Positions 1-14,579 of a stretch of DNA of 64,000 nucleotides are shown piece by piece. This DNA comes from Lama guanicoe (Eukaryota). The notes below the pieces were generated by a model. That model had not been told where the DNA came from. It saw only the letters and a program-made list of their open reading frames with translations, and ran no database searches. A program made the position numbers and the translations under genes. Numbering within the stretch: position 1 is the first letter of the stretch; every line of letters starts with the position of its first letter. Location: contig MU053504.1 of NCBI GenBank assembly GCA_013239625.1, positions 1,242,001 through 1,306,000 on the forward strand, read 5' to 3'.

Positions 1-51
1 TGGGCAGCGACTCCCGCGTGGACATCACCAGCCTCTACAAGTATCCGGAAG
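1..51 (+). CDS. TGM6: Transglutaminase 6, 3' end of an internal coding exon (exon 9 by human numbering), truncated by the window start
   Basis: Translates (V)GSDSRVDITSLYKYPE-G, the transglutaminase core-domain end motif; GTAAGG donor at 52, phase 1. Confidence 0.93.
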
Positions 52-1994
52 GTAAGGGCCATGAGGCGGCCTCGGTCAGCCTCCCCAGCGACCCGGCTGC
101 CGCAGAGGGACAACAGCCGGCCGCTGGGGCCAGACCTTTCCCAGATGATACGGTGATGATAGCCTTACGCAGCACTGCCTCTGTGCTTTGAGCCCAATGC
201 CTTTATTTTATATGCATAGTTTCCTCCGTTTGCTAAGTAGATTTCCCACGTCTAATAAGAATAATAGCTACATTTCCTTTAACACATGTGTTCCAGGTGC
301 TGTATCATGTATGCACACATATGATAACAATGACTGATCATAGTGATCATAGAAGCAGGTTATTATTTATTGAACACCATGGATACTTAGCACTAGGCCT
401 CCTTCAAAATAATAATGATGGTAGCAGCTCCTGTATGTCATCTGCCAAGGCCTATGCCCTGCTCACTCATTTATGGCCACTGGTTTACTGAAAAGCCTCC
501 ACTTGTCAGTATGCAAAAACAAAACTCATGTTCTTCTTCTAGGAGCTGCTTCTGGCTCTAGACTTACAAAAGCAGGTCCCTTAGCAGTGCTGTGATCTGG
601 TCCATACAGGGTCTTTGGGGTCTTTTGTCCTAAGCTTTAAGAGAAATCACCATCCCGTGACGTGATGACGATGCTAGCCGTTGCCTTTGCTGAGCCCCGA
701 CTGTGGGCTGGCCATGCTCACGTGTTATTTAATTATATTGTGTAACAAATGCTTACCAAGCACCTCCCACGAGCTTGTCAGGTAGATGCCCGTATAACAT
801 TTATTTTACGGAGGAGAAAGCAGAGGTGTGGCGAGGGAAGTGGGCTCAGCCGAGGAACGCGGCCAGTGAGTGGCAAGTCCGCCCCCAGAGCCCATATGCT
901 CTTCTGCTGCTATTTAATTATAATATTTTGCTGCCACTATTCAATTATAATATCATCTACTGTTGATTGACAGCCTACTCTGGGGCAAGTGATTTTACAT
1001 CTAGGTTAATCATAATACTAGCATCTAAATTTTGTTAAGCGTGGCAGTAAGCCATGTCCATGCATTATTTCATTTAGTATTCATCAAAATTCCATCTTAC
1101 AGATAATCAAGCGGAGACATAGGGAGGTAAAGTAACTTCCCCAAGTTTCCAAAGCCTAGGAGAGCTGGGATTCTAACCAGATGTCTCCTTTCAGACATCA
1201 CCTCTGCCCCTCCCCTCTGCTAGACCACCCCTCTCTTCCCTGAGGGCTCACAATGTGCCTGGTACCATGCCAGGCTCTTCTGTGTGCTCCGGAAATAAAG
1301 TGCCTCCTACATGTCAGGCAGGATTCAGAGGCAGGGGAGAAAGAGAACTCACCATCTCGAGAGCTGACTGTGTAAGGATAGGACAGGTGATCAGCACGGT
1401 GTTGGGGAGGCCAGAAGGCTGGAGAAGCACAGATGAGGGGTCCGTAGCCCAGCCAGAGAGAGGTCAACAAGAGCATCCCATGGAAGGGAATCCTGACGGG
1501 AGTAAGATTTAGCCAGGAGATGAAGGGTTGGGAAGGCATTCCAGAAGACAGACCCCTATGCATCCTGATTCCAGATTCAGTCTAAGCTGTGCTGTTCATC
1601 CAAGCCATGGGCATCCCATTCTGTGGATGAGATGACAGGACCTGTCTGCTTGCTCTGTCCACTGAAGCAGGAGACATGACAGAGCACAAATATTCAGAGC
1701 CCCTGGGCACGATATGCTTTGCTCTCACCCCTGAGTCAGCCTGGATGCTGAGCAACGAGGGAACCAGCCTTCCGAGCAAAAGAAACTGTACATGCAAAAA
1801 GCACACCAGCCGTCCTCAGATTCTGGTGGCCTTTCTGCAACAAGCTTCAGGGTAGAGGGGAGGAAGGCAGCCTCCCTGCTGATCTTCAGGCAGAGGAACT
1901 AAACACGGAGGCAGGATCTTAGTCAGAAGCTGATGCCAGGGGCTCGCAGGGGAGCCAGGCTGGCGGTTCAGCCATCTGCCTCTGGGCCTGCATG

Positions 1995-2432
1995 GTACTG
2001 CCTTGGAGCTGCCATAACAAGTGACCATAAATGCAGCAGCTTAAAACATCAGAAATTGATTCTCTCACAGTTCTGGAGACCAGAAGTCCAAAATAAAGGT
2101 GTTAGCAGGTCTGCACACCCTCCAAAGGCTCTAGGGGAGGATCCTTCCTGATTCTTCCAGCCCCTGGAGGTCCCTGGCATTCTTCTGCTTGCAGCTGCCT
2201 CACTCTAACCTCTGCCTCCATCTCAATGCCACATTTTCCCTCCATCACCATCTCCTTTCTCTTACAATGACACCAAGCACTGGCTTTAGGGCCCACCCTA
2301 AATCCAGGATGATCATATCCCCAGATTCTTAACTGCATCTACAAAGACCCTATTTCCATAGAATGTTGTGTTCACAGATACCAGCGGTTAGGACTTAGAC
2401 ACATCATTTAGGGGGACACTATTCTGCCCACT
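1995..2432 (-). mobile_element. MaLR solo LTR (MLT1-type)
   Basis: Typical MLT1 phrases GCTGCCATAACAA, TTCTCTCACAGTTCTGGAG and GCAAAGACCCTATTTCC-like; boundaries approximate. Confidence 0.75.
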
Positions 2433-3489
2433 GCAGCCTGTGAGGGGAGAAGACTGAGCACCTGCTGATCAGGGCCTGGCCATCTAGGCAGGCAGAGGCC
2501 AGCATGTACAATGGCTGTTGGGTGGGAGCTGAGAGGCTGATCCACAGAGACCTGGTGACCAGCCCCCAGGGATCTCCCCTTCCACCTTCTCTGTCTCCTC
2601 CCCTCCCCCCGTTACTCTGCTGTCTATCTCTTCCTCCACCTCTCTGCTGTCCCTTCTCCCTCCCTTCCATCTTGCATTTAGTGGGTACCTCCAAGTGCCA
2701 GGTAGGAGAGTGGACAAGATGAACAGGAAAGCAGACAGTCCCAGTACAGCGTGATGACGTCAGCCTGCCAAGGTGCAGAATGGCCGAGGGGACAGCATGG
2801 GGGAAGGCACTGCGTGTTCAGGGTACAGCAAGAGTGAAAGGGTCATTAGAGGCTCTTTTGTACCTAAAGGACTTCGCACAGATGCTTTCTCTGCCTGGGA
2901 GGTCCTGCTGACTTCACCCCAAGCCTTTGTCTGACCCAGGGTCTCAGGACTCTATTGATTTTCTTCTAAGAACATATCGCAATTTGATATTTGCTTGAAT
3001 CGTTGTCTCCCCAGCAACTAGACTGTGAGTTCTAGGATGGCTAGAAACCTGACTGTTTTGTCTCCAGCTCCTATTGCAGCATCTACTGCACAGTAGGTGC
3101 TCAATACAGATTCGTGGAATGAATGAATGCAGGCTGAGAGCATATAAAGGGCTTTGAACGCATAAGGACTTGAATTTGTACATTGGAGAGCCTTACTTTA
3201 TTGATTGTAGGATTGCCTTATGTTACAAATACATGAGGCACATTTTCACGTTTCTCTGTGTTTATATGTATTTAATGAACATCTACTGTGTGCTAGGCAC
3301 CCAGAGAGCAAAATATATATGACTTTTGTCTTAAAGGGGCTAACATTCTAGTGGAGCAGATAAAAATAAAGAAAAAATAAAATCAATAGCATTTCAGATG
3401 GCGATAAGTATTCTGGGGGAAAATAAAGCAGAGAAGGAGTTGAGTAACAGATTGGGAGGAGGTGAGCATTTGGCATTTAAAATCAGGTG

Positions 3490-6400
3490 ATCACTAACAG
3501 ATATGTATAGAAGACCCACCGAAGAGCAGCAGAATAACTATCTTGGCAAGTACAAATAGAACATAATCCAGGATCTGACCATATGCCCATCCATAAAACA
3601 GGCTTCAGTAAATTTTTAAAGGATTGAAATCATACAAAGCGTATTCTCTGATCACAGTGGAATAAAATTAGAAATCAAAATCAAAAGAGAATTTGGGGAA
3701 TTCACAAAAATATGGAAATTAAGCAATACATACACCTAAATAATCAATGGGCCAAATAAAAAATCACAAATGAAATTAGAAAATACTTTGAGAGGAAAGA
3801 AAATGAGAACGCAACATGCCAAAATGTGTAGGATGAGATAAAGCAGTACTTAAAGGGAATTTTATAGCTATAAACACCTCTATTAAGGAAGAGGGATCCC
3901 AAGTGCAGTAATCTATCCTTCCATTTTAAGACACTAGAAAAAGAAGAGCAAATGAAACCCAAAGAAAGCAGAAAGAGGAAACACAAAAGATTAGAGTGGA
4001 AATAAATGAACAACAATGGAGAAAATCAACAAAACCAAAAGTTAATTTTTTAAGAAGATCAACAACATTGACAAATCTTTAGCTAGACTGAGAGAAGACT
4101 CAAATTACTAAGATCAGAGAGGACATCACTACTAACCTTACCAAAAAAATTATAAAGGGTGTGAAAAATAATAAATATTAGGTGTTTGTCCCCAGTTGTT
4201 GGACACAGCTCCTAAAACCCTTGGAATCTCCAAGGGTGATAAGAATGTCTTTTGCATGGCAATGGGATGACTAGTGCCTGGGGGACCCCAGATAACGCAG
4301 GATGGGGGCTGGTTACCAGAAAGACCAAAACATGATTAGAACATTAGAACTTTCCACCTCACCTCCAATCTCTGGGGATGGGAGAGGGACAGGAGATTGA
4401 GTTAAATATCAATGGCCAATAATCAGCCTGATTAAAGTCATCTATATAAAAATGAAGTTAACATCATATTTAATACTAAAAGATTGAATGCTTTCCCCGC
4501 TAAGAACGGGAAAAGACAAGGATGTCCACCCTTGCTGTTTTGATTCAGCATACTGATAGAAGTATTAGCCTAGGAAATAAGGCAAGAAAAGAAAAATAGA
4601 GATCTTTCCACAAATGGTGTTGGGAAAACGGGATATCCACATCTAAAAGAATGAAGTTGGACCCTTACTGTACACCACTCATAAAAAATTAACTCAAAAT
4701 GGATCAAAGGCCTAAATGTAAGACCTAAAACAATGAAGCTCTTAAAAATAAGCAAGAGAAAAGCTCCATGACATTGGATATAGCAGTGATTTCTTGGATA
4801 TGATGCCAAAGGCAGAGGTAACAAAAGAAAAACAAGTTAGACTTCATAAAAATTTTAAACTTTTGTGACATTATCAACAGAGTTAAAAAGCAACCTGTAG
4901 AATAGGAGGAAATATTTTCAAATTACATATCTGAAAAGACATTAATATCCAGAATATATAGAGAGCTCCAAACACTCAACAGCAAAATACAAACAAAAAA
5001 AGGGCAAAGGACTTGAACAGACATTTCTCCAAAGAAGGTGTACAACTGGCTAAAAAGCACATGAAAAAAATGCTCACATCACTGAGCATTATGGAAACAA
5101 AAATGAAAATCACAATGAGATAACACTTCACACCCATTAGGATGGCTACTATCAAAAAAAGAAAGGAAGGAAGGAAGGGAAGGCAGAGAGGGAGGGAGAG
5201 AGGGAGGAAGAAAGTACAAAAAGAAAAGAACAAGTGTTGGTGAGAATGTGGAGAAATTAGAACACTTGTGCACTGTTGCTGGGAATTTTTAATGGTGCAG
5301 CTGCTGTGGAAAACAGTATGGAAGTTCTTCACAATATTAAAAATATAATTATCAGATGATTCAACAATTTCACTTGTGGATATTTACCCAAAAGAACCGA
5401 AAGGAGGGACTTGAAGAGATATTATACCCATTTCCTTAGCAGCATTATTCACAGTAGCTAAAAAACATGAAAGCAACAGATGAACAGATAAACAAAATGT
5501 TGTCTATACATACAACGGAGTATTGTTTAGCTTTAAAAAGGAAGGAAATTCTGACACATGCTACAACATGGATGAAACTTGAAGACACGCTAAACAAAAT
5601 AAGCCAGTCCCACATGGACAAATACCATATAACTCCACTTATATGAGGTACCTAAATAGTCAAGTTCACAAAGACAAGAAGTAGAAATGGTGTATGCCCG
5701 TGGTGGGGGAAGACGGAATGGGGAATGTACTGTTCAATGGATACAGAATTTCAGTTTTGCAAGATGAAGAGTTCTGGAAATGGATGGTGGTGAAGATAAC
5801 ACAATAGAAGGAATGCACCTAATACCAGTGAAGTGTACACTTAAAAAGGTTAAGATGGTAAATTTTATGTGATGTGTATTTTACCATGATTTTTAAAAAT
5901 AAAAATAAAGAAGGAAGAAAAGAAATTTAAAAAGGAAGGGAGGGAGGGAAAAAAGAAAAATAAATAGAAGAATTTCCAGATTGGAAAGGAAGAAGTCTAA
6001 CTATCTCTAGGTGCACATGACATGGACATGATCTTGTATATATAAAATCCTAAGGAATTCACTAAAAGCTATTAGTGCCAATAAATGAGTTAGGCCAAAT
6101 TTGAGAACACAAGACCAATTTTTAAAAATTAATTGTATTTCAGGACACTAGCAATGTATAATCTGAAAATGAAATTCAGAAAACAAATCCATTTACAATA
6201 ACATCAAAAGAATAAAATACTCAGGAATAAATTTAAGGAAAGAAGAGCAAGACTAATACACTGAAAACTACAAAACAGGTTGAAAGAAATTAAAGATCTA
6301 AATAAATGGAAAGACATCCCATTTTCATGGATTGGAAACGTTATATTTTTAAGAAGGCAATGAGTCAAAACTGATTTACAGATGCCACGGAATCCCTATC

Positions 6401-7080
6401 AAAGTTCCAACTGAGTTTTTTCCCCAAAATTGACAAGCTTTTCTGGAAATTGACTTGGAAATGCGAGACACCTCAAATAACCAAAACAATCTTGGAAAAG
6501 AAGAACCAAGTCAGAGGGCTCATACTTCCCAAATTTAGAACCTTCTATAAATATACCTTAACCTAGATAGTGTGGTTCTGGCATAAGAATAGACATGTAG
6601 ATCAATGGAATAGAATCAGGAGTCCAGAAATATACCCTTAAAATTATGCGCAATTGATTTTAACAAGAGTGCCCAGACAATTCAAGGGGGAAAGAATAAG
6701 AATAGTCTTTTCAACAGATGGTGCTGGGATCACTGATGAGCCACATACACAAGAATAAAACTGGCCTCCGACATCACACCATACACAAAAATTAACTCAG
6801 ATGGATCATTGACCTATATCAAAGAGCTAAAATTACAAGATTTTTAGAAGAAAACAGGAGTTAATCTTCAGAGCTTGGGTTAAGCAGAGCCTTTTTAGAT
6901 ATGACACCAAGAGCACAAGTGACAGAAGAAAAAAATGATAAATTCAGTTTCTTTAAAATGAAAAACTTGTGCTTTAAATAATGCACAACTGTGAATATAC
7001 AAAAAAATTGGCTTGTATTCTTTAAACAGGTGAATTGTATGTTATAGAATTAACATATATCTGAATAAAGGTGTTTTAAA
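3490..7080 (+). mobile_element. Nested old LINE-1 block in TGM6 intron 9: outer L1 ORF2 and 3' fragments, inner L1 3' end (about 4600-5950) and an LTR-like fragment (about 4160-4440)
   Basis: A-rich L1 ORF2-like sequence. AAAATCAGGT flanks both ends (about 3479 and 7080) and AAAAGAAAAATA flanks the inner insert (about 4587 and 5951), consistent with TSDs. Confidence 0.8.
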
Positions 7081-8631
7081 AAATCAGGTTTTCAGAGAGG
7101 GCCTCCCTGAGAAAAGGACATTAGATTTTTTTGGCAGGGAAATGGAACATTTTCTTAGTAAAAATATATTATGACTACATTACGGAGTAGAGCGAAAACT
7201 TCACATACATTTTAATATACATAAATATAACATAATAAATAATAAAACATGACATGTTAAAGAACCTTTAGGTCCACATGGATCCCTTGAAGCCCAGGTC
7301 ACCCAGCAGTGAGTACTTGGGGAAGGAGCAGTGGGGAGACGGCACAGCACAGGCTTCAAGAAGGAAAGTGGAACCATCAGAGTTGGATTTTGGAATGATC
7401 GTGGTGGAAAATGGACTGAGGGTGGAGGGTAGGGTGGAGCCCACATTTCCAGGAAGGGAGGGGACATTCTCAAGCATTGTGCTCAGTGCCTTGCCTGTGT
7501 GCCTCTTGTCCCCACTTCACAGATGGGAAACTGAGACTTGGAGGGATGAGGTAATGATAATAGTAATAAAAGTTCACAGTCATCCGGGGGCAAACTGGCC
7601 TGTTGGTGAGACAATTTAGATGGTGGTCTGAGGGGAAAAGAATGATGGGAGAAGGGGGCAGATTCCAGAGATCAATAAGGATGCTTGGCAGAACTTGCTG
7701 ACTGATCAGCTGTGGGCGGTAAGGGTGCGGGAAGAGTCAAAGTCACTTCCAGTGTCCGGCTGGTGCACTGGGTGAGTGGTGGAGCTGTGTGCTGAGACGG
7801 GGTTGCTGTTGGGCAGAAGCAGCATGTTCGGTTGGATTCGAGACACCTGTGGGACATCCTGGGGGTGGGGGCTGTCCAGCTGTGAATTGGTCTGGAGATC
7901 GAAAGAGAGAGAGAGGGGTGTGTGTGCTGGCAACAGGGAAAGTGGGAGATCAGGGGTCCTAAACTCAACATGTCTCCAGGAGCCTTGCAGATGGTACCCA
8001 TCAGTGCAGCAAGCTGGTGGGAATTACAGGGTGGAGACCATGGAGAGCCAGCAAGTACATGCCCGTCCAGAAAGAGCACCCCTTACTCAATATTGTAAAT
8101 GAGTGGGAGGGGAAGATGATTAAGAACATGGCAACTGGAGCCAAACTGCCTGGGTTCAAACTCCAGCTCCCTTACAAGTTGCTTTACTTCTCTGTGGTTC
8201 CTTATCTGTAAAATGGGGGTAATAATTGTACCATCGTCCTGGGGGGAAATATATATATACATACAACCTAAAACTCTAGCGCCTGGTGCATAATAAGTCT
8301 GCAGAAGTGTCAGCTATCATTATCATGTGAGGCTTCAGACCCAGCTGTCAGAGAAGCTGCAAATCTATATTGTCATGTGAAATTTTCTGTTTGGAAATTG
8401 TTCACAACTGATTTCAAAAATATTTAAATTGTCCCAGAACCAAACACAATGCATATGGCTGGGGTCTGCGTGTGGTTCTTGGGCTGCCGATTTGAGACCT
8501 CCAACGTGGAAAATTGAAGTGCGGGTGGAGTGGTAGCTTTGCCTAGAGAAGAGGGGAAAGGAGAAAAGATGGCCCTGGGACGAGCGGTGGAGGAAGAGGG
8601 TGCCTGCCTCAGGATGCCTGATGCCCTGCAG

Positions 8632-8973
8632 GGTCCAGAAAGGAGAGGCAGGTGTACAGCAAGGCGGTGAAGAAGCTGTTCAGCATGGAAGTGTCTGGAA
8701 GGAGGACCCGGGTCCACAGAGCCGGCGGCCGCGGTCTCTGGTGTGATGACCTCCTGGAGCCTGCCACCAAGCCCTGCATCACCGGCAAGTTCAAGGTGCT
8801 GGAGCCGCTCGTGCTGGGCCATGACCTGAAGCTGGCCCTGTGCTTGGGCAACCTCACCTACCGGGCCCAGCAGGTCCAAGTCAACCTGAGCGGCGCCACC
8901 ATACTTTACACCCGCAGGCCGGTGGCAGAGATCCTGCACGAATCCCACGCTGTGAAGCTGGAGCCTCAAGAAG
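8632..8973 (+). CDS. TGM6: Transglutaminase 6 exon 10 (342 bp)
   Basis: CTGCAG acceptor and GTAAGA donor; reads [17 protein letters not shown]...[12 protein letters not shown], in phase with both neighbouring exons. Confidence 0.95.
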
Positions 8974-10129
8974 GTAAGAACGCCACCACTGGGTGGGACC
9001 TGGTGAGCCCAACCCCTTTCCCAGGAGGATGGTGGGGAGGGGGAAGATGGACTTCCCAGCATCCTACATTCATTACCAGCAAAGAAGGGAATATTTCTAA
9101 GCTTTGCTCAGTGCCTTGCCTCTTGTCCCCACTTTACAGATGAGAAAACTGAGGCTCAGAGGAACTGAATAATGAGGAAAGTAATCCACAATCATCTAGT
9201 GGCAAACGCATAATGGTGAGGTGGTCCCAGTTAGTATGAATATTTACACACCAAATAAATACCTGCTGGGAGCATTTCATAATATGTAGAGCACACCTTG
9301 TGTTATCTTTATAAAATCCAACAAATTCTGGAGTCCATGTGGCTCCAGGTGTTCCATATGAGAGGAATGGGCCAGTAAGAGATGTTTAAGTGCCTGCTTG
9401 TGCCAGGCCCTGTCCTGAGAGTTCTGCAGGCATCAGCCACAACCCCCATGACTGTTTTCAGTCCTCTCCCCTCCCGTCCCCTCTCTGTCCCCTCCCCTCG
9501 CCTTCTCTCTCTCTTTCTCTCCACATATATTCTGAACTCTAAGAATTCAATTAAAACAAGAAATTATTCCTCTGAACCAGTTTCTGGTAGGTGAGGTTTG
9601 TATGTTTTGACAGGGTGTGAAAATATGTGAAGGAGGTATCACACATTTTTTGCTTGTTTGTCACTTATTTTTCAAAAAATCTAAATCATAAAATAACACT
9701 TCACAAAGAAATATTAATTACCATGCACTTCTCCTGGCTTCCTTTCGTATTAAAAGTAATATAAATTCATTAGATTTAGAGAGCACAAGAGAAAGTTCAC
9801 CTGACTCTGCCACCCACCTACAAATTGTTAACATGTTTTCCTTCCAAGTTTTTAAAGCCTGTTGCTTTTTGAAAAATAGTTCTAATTATATCGTGCACAC
9901 TCATTAGTGCCCTGCTCTTTTCACACTACATTGTAATTTAAATATTTTTATAAGCTCTTCATTCACACCATTTTGCAATTAAAAAAAAACACCAAAGTAA
10001 GCATCTTGGTGAAAAAAAAAATCCCTTTTTTGGTCTAGATTTTTGGACTGTTTTGTTAGAATAGATTCACAAAAATGGAATTACTGAGCCAAATGGTATA
10101 GCTATTAAGTATATATAATTTATTAAAAT

Positions 10130-12250
10130 TTATCATTGTTTAAGTTAATAGACTTTTTAGCAGTTTGGATTCGGAAAAATTGAGCAGAAAGTCCAGAGAG
10201 TTCCCATACACCCCCTCACCAACTTCTGTCTTCCCCTATTATTAATGTCATGCATTAGTGGGGTACGTTTGCTACAACTGACAAGCTAATACTGGTGCAT
10301 TATTATTATTAACTGAAGTCCATAGTCTGCATTAGGGTTCACTCTGTATTGTACATTCTGGGTTTTGACCAACGTATAGTGACATGTATCCACTATTAGA
10401 GTATCGTATAGAATCGTTTCACTGCCCTGAAATTCCCTGTTCTTTACCTATTTATTTCTCCCTCTCTCTCCTCAAACCCCTGGCAACCACTGATCTTTTT
10501 ACTGTCGCCGTAGTTTTGCCTTTCCCAAAATGTCATATAGTTGAAATCATACAGTAGGTAGACTTTTCAGATTGACTTCTTTCACTTAGAAATACGTACT
10601 TAAGATTCCTCCTTTTTTTATTTTTTGTTTTTTTGTAGCTTAGTAGCTCATTTCTTGTTATCACTGAATATTATTCCTTTATATGGATGTACCAGAGTTG
10701 ATTGATCCATTCACCTACTGAAGAATATCTTGGTTGCTTCCAAGTTTTGGCAGTGATGAATAAGGCTGCTATAAACATCCATGTGCAGGTTTTGTGTGAA
10801 CATAAATTTTCAACTTACATGGGTAAATACCGAGAAGCATGAGTGCTAATGGTACAAGAGTATGTTTAGGTTTCTAAGAAACTGCCAAAGGACCTTCCAA
10901 AGTGGCTGTAACATTTTACATTCCCACCATCAGTGAATGAAGGTTCCTGTTGCTCCACATCCTCTCCAACATTTGGTCCTGTCAGTAGTTTGGATTTTTG
11001 CCACTGTTGTTTTAATTTGAAATTCCTTAATGACGTATGATGCAAGCACATTTTAACAGGCATCTGTACATCTTTGGTGAGTTGTCTGTGTAGCTCCTTT
11101 GCCCATTTTTTAATTGTGTTGTTCATTTTCTGATTGTTGTTGTTGAATTTTTAGAGTTCTTTGTATATTTTGTGAAATAGTCCTTTGTCAGATGTGTCTT
11201 CTGCAAATAGTTTCTCCCAGTCTATGGCTTGTCTTCTCATTCTCTTGACAGTCCTTTCACAGAGAAGAAGTTTTTAATTTTAATAAAGTGCAATTTATCC
11301 ATTTTTTCTTTCATGGATCATGCCTTTGGTGTTGTATCTAAAAAGTCAGTCATCACCATATGCAAGATTATCTAGGTTATTGCCTAGGAGTTTTACAGTT
11401 TCACATTCTACATTTAAGCTTATGATCCATTTCGAGTTCATTTTTATAAAAAGTATATAAAGTATGTGTCTAGATTCTTTTTACTTATGTGGATGTCGAG
11501 TTGTTCTAGCACCATTTATTGAAAAGACTGTATTTTCTCCATCTTATTTCTTTGTCACAGATCAGTAGACTGAATTTGTGTGGGTGGGTCTATTTCTGGG
11601 CTCTGTTTTGTTCTACTGATTTATTTGTCCCTTCTTTCACCAATACCACACTGTTTTGATTACTGTCATTTTATTGTAAGTCTTGAAGTTGGGTAGTGTT
11701 AATCCTCTGATGTTGTTCTTTTTCTTCGATATTTTATTGGCTGTTTCGGGCCTTTTGCCTCTCCACATAAACTTTAGAATCAGTTTGTCAATATTCATTA
11801 AATAACTTGCTGGGATTTTGATAGGAGTGCCTTGAATCTGTAGGTCAATTTGGGAAAAACTGACATCTTGACAATATTGAGTCTTCCTAGCTATGAACAT
11901 GGAATATCTCTCCATTAATTTATTTATTCTTTGATTTCTTTCATCAGAGTTTTTTAAGTTTTCCTCATATACGTACATATCTTGTACATATTATGTTAGA
12001 TTAATCCCTGAGTATTTCATTTTGGTGGTGCTAATATAAATGGTGTTTTTAAATTCAGATTCCACATATATATTGCTGGTATATTAAAAAAAAAGTGATG
12101 GAATTTTGTATGTTAATCTTATATCCTGTGACCTTGCTATTGGTAATAATTGTTATAATTCGCTCCAGGAGGTTTTTTTGTTATTGATTCTTTAAGATTT
12201 TCTATATAGACAATCATGTCATCTGTGAACAAAGACCGTTTTATTTCTTC
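10130..12250 (-). mobile_element. Old LINE-1 (L1M) 3' UTR plus ORF2 fragment, antisense in TGM6 intron 10
   Basis: ORF 11637-11978(-) reads IPASYLMNIDKLILKFMWRGKRPETANKISKKKNNIRGLTLPNFKTYNKMTVIKTVWYW, characteristic of L1 ORF2p. Confidence 0.88.
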
Positions 12251-12465
12251 ATGGTAGCTGACTGACCCGAATTTGAATCCTGCCTTATCTTGGCTCCTTG
12301 ATTTACTTGCTGTGTGACACTGGACAAGAAACTACCCTCTCTGAGCCTTGAGTTTCTTAATCTGTGAACCGATGATAATAATGACTGTCTCGGATTGGTT
12401 GCAAGGACCACAGAGAGTGTTAACTATGAATTGAGCCTTCCCTTCCTCCTTCTGGGTTCCTTTGA

Positions 12466-12711
<246 letters not shown>

Positions 12712-12953
12712 TGAGCTGCAGGAGGGCATTGGAGGCTGGGGGTTTGTGCTTGTAACTCTGGCTTCAGCTCTCAAGGGTGGGGATAAGTGGTGTGGATGCA
12801 GGGGGATGGATATAATGATAGATCCCAGTGAGGGGGTGGGTGGACACAGAGAGTAGACAAGGTTAACGCCCCATCCTCTGACCGAGCCAGGATCATGGGT
12901 TTCCTTGGAGAATGGGGAGGAGGGGGGATGACTTACGGGTATTGCCCCTCCAG

Positions 12954-13087
12954 GTGCTTGGCCCGGCCGTGGTAGGGGTGGCAGTTACGGTGGAAGTGAT
13001 GGTGGTCAACCCCCTCTCTGAGAGAGTGGAGAACTGTATGCTGACGGTGGAGGGCAGTGGCCTTCTCCAGGGACAGCTCAGCATCAA
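12954..13087 (+). CDS. TGM6: Transglutaminase 6 exon 12 (134 bp)
   Basis: CTCCAG acceptor, GTAAGT donor; [44 protein letters not shown], including the VEGSGL motif of barrel 2. Confidence 0.95.
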
Positions 13088-13214
13088 GTAAGTGTCAGCC
13101 TGAGGGTGGGAAGGCTGCCTTCGTTATAAAATGGGACATAAAGAAGCTGCCAGCAGGGGGAGGAGGGAGAGATTCTGGATCCCCAGGAACCAGCCCACTG
13201 CGCAGACACATCAG

Positions 13215-13770
13215 CGTTTCTTCATTTATTCATGTCTTTCCTTATTTAATCATTAACTTATCCCATCGATCATATAACTCATCCACCCGCTCATTCACAT
13301 TCATTCATATTTTTTCTCATTTATCCATTTACTTATTCATCCACTACTCTTATTCATTCACTCTCTCCTTCACTCATTCATTCCCTCACTTTTTTATTCA
13401 TGTTTTCACTCACTGATTCACTTTTTCATTTATTTACTCAACTCAGTTTTTTTTTTTTTTGGCAGGGGGCAGATAATTAGGTTTGTTTATGATGAAGTCA
13501 CTGGGGATTGAACCCAGGACCTCCTGCGTGCTATGCATGCTATTTACCGCTGAGCTATATCCTCCCCCCTCAACTCAGTTTTGACTGGTTCATTCATCCA
13601 CTCATTCTTTAATTTGTTCACTCATTCACCTATTCATTCACTCATTCATTCATTTATGCATTCATTCAACTCATTCACACATACTCCATTTGTCCATGCA
13701 CTCATTTATTTACTTATTCATTCTTAATCATTACTCATTCATTCTTTCATTCACTCACTCACTCACACGC
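13215..13770. repeat. Degenerate (TTCA/CATT)n low-complexity tract interrupted by a SINE
   Basis: Many imperfect CATT/TCAC units, typical of L2 tails. Confidence 0.75.
13447..13568 (-). mobile_element. tRNA-derived SINE (camelid Vic-1-like)
   Basis: Reverse complement has A box TATAGCTCAGCGGT and B box GGGTTCAATCCC, an A tail, and TSD CTCAACTCAGTTTT at 13437 and 13569. Confidence 0.85.
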
Positions 13771-14425
13771 ATGTGGTCCTTGATCATATTCACCTGTGGT
13801 CTGACCCACATTTCAACTGCTAGGAACACCAAGCTGAACAGATGGGGCTCTGCCTGGAGAAGGGCTCTCAGTGACATATGACCCTTCAAATGAAGACAGT
13901 GTGATTTGTGCAGAAGGATGGATCCCCGAGGTCCGGGGGCTCGGAGGCAGCCCTTGAGTGGGGTGGGGGGAACCAGGGAAAGTCCCAGTGGAGCTGACAT
14001 TCAAGCTGAGCCTTACATGATGACTGGAGGAGCTTCTCAGGGACCAGGAAGGATGGAGAGCTTCCCAGTCTGATGTCTCCATGGCTGGTGTAGTCAGGGA
14101 AGGTCTCCTGGAAGAAAGAGAACTTAAGCTGGCTTTGGATGTGATTGGAAAGGCATCCTAGGTAGGAGGAACCATCCAGACAAAAGCCCAGAGGAGGGAA
14201 GTGTAAGTTATGTTCAGGGCACGGGGAGGAGACCAGCCTCACTGGTTGGAAAAGGTGAGACGTGGTGGAACGGACGATTAAGCTGAAACCATATTAAAAG
14301 GCTTGAATGTCAAGCCACAAGGTATGACCTTGATTTTGAGGGCTCTGGAGAGCCACGGACTAGCAGACCAGGCTCAGGAAGCAGATGGAGCTGATGGTCT
14401 GCCTTTCTCCATCTCACTCCCCCAG

Positions 14426-14579
14426 TGTGCCCAGCCTGGAGCCCCAAGAGAAGGCCTCAGTCCAATTCAACATCACCCCTTCCAGGAGTGGCCCAAGGCA
14501 GCTGCAAGTAGACCTCGTCGGCCCCCACTTCCCGGACATCAAGGGCTTTGTGATCATCCACGTGGCCACAGCCAACTGA
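14426..14579 (+). CDS. TGM6: Transglutaminase 6 terminal coding exon
   Basis: CCCCAG acceptor; (N)[50 protein letters not shown] then TGA. Confidence 0.95.

Noticed and set aside
8424..9062. 212-aa antisense ORF over TGM6 exon 10
   Set aside because: Shadow ORF of a GC-rich coding exon, with no independent support.
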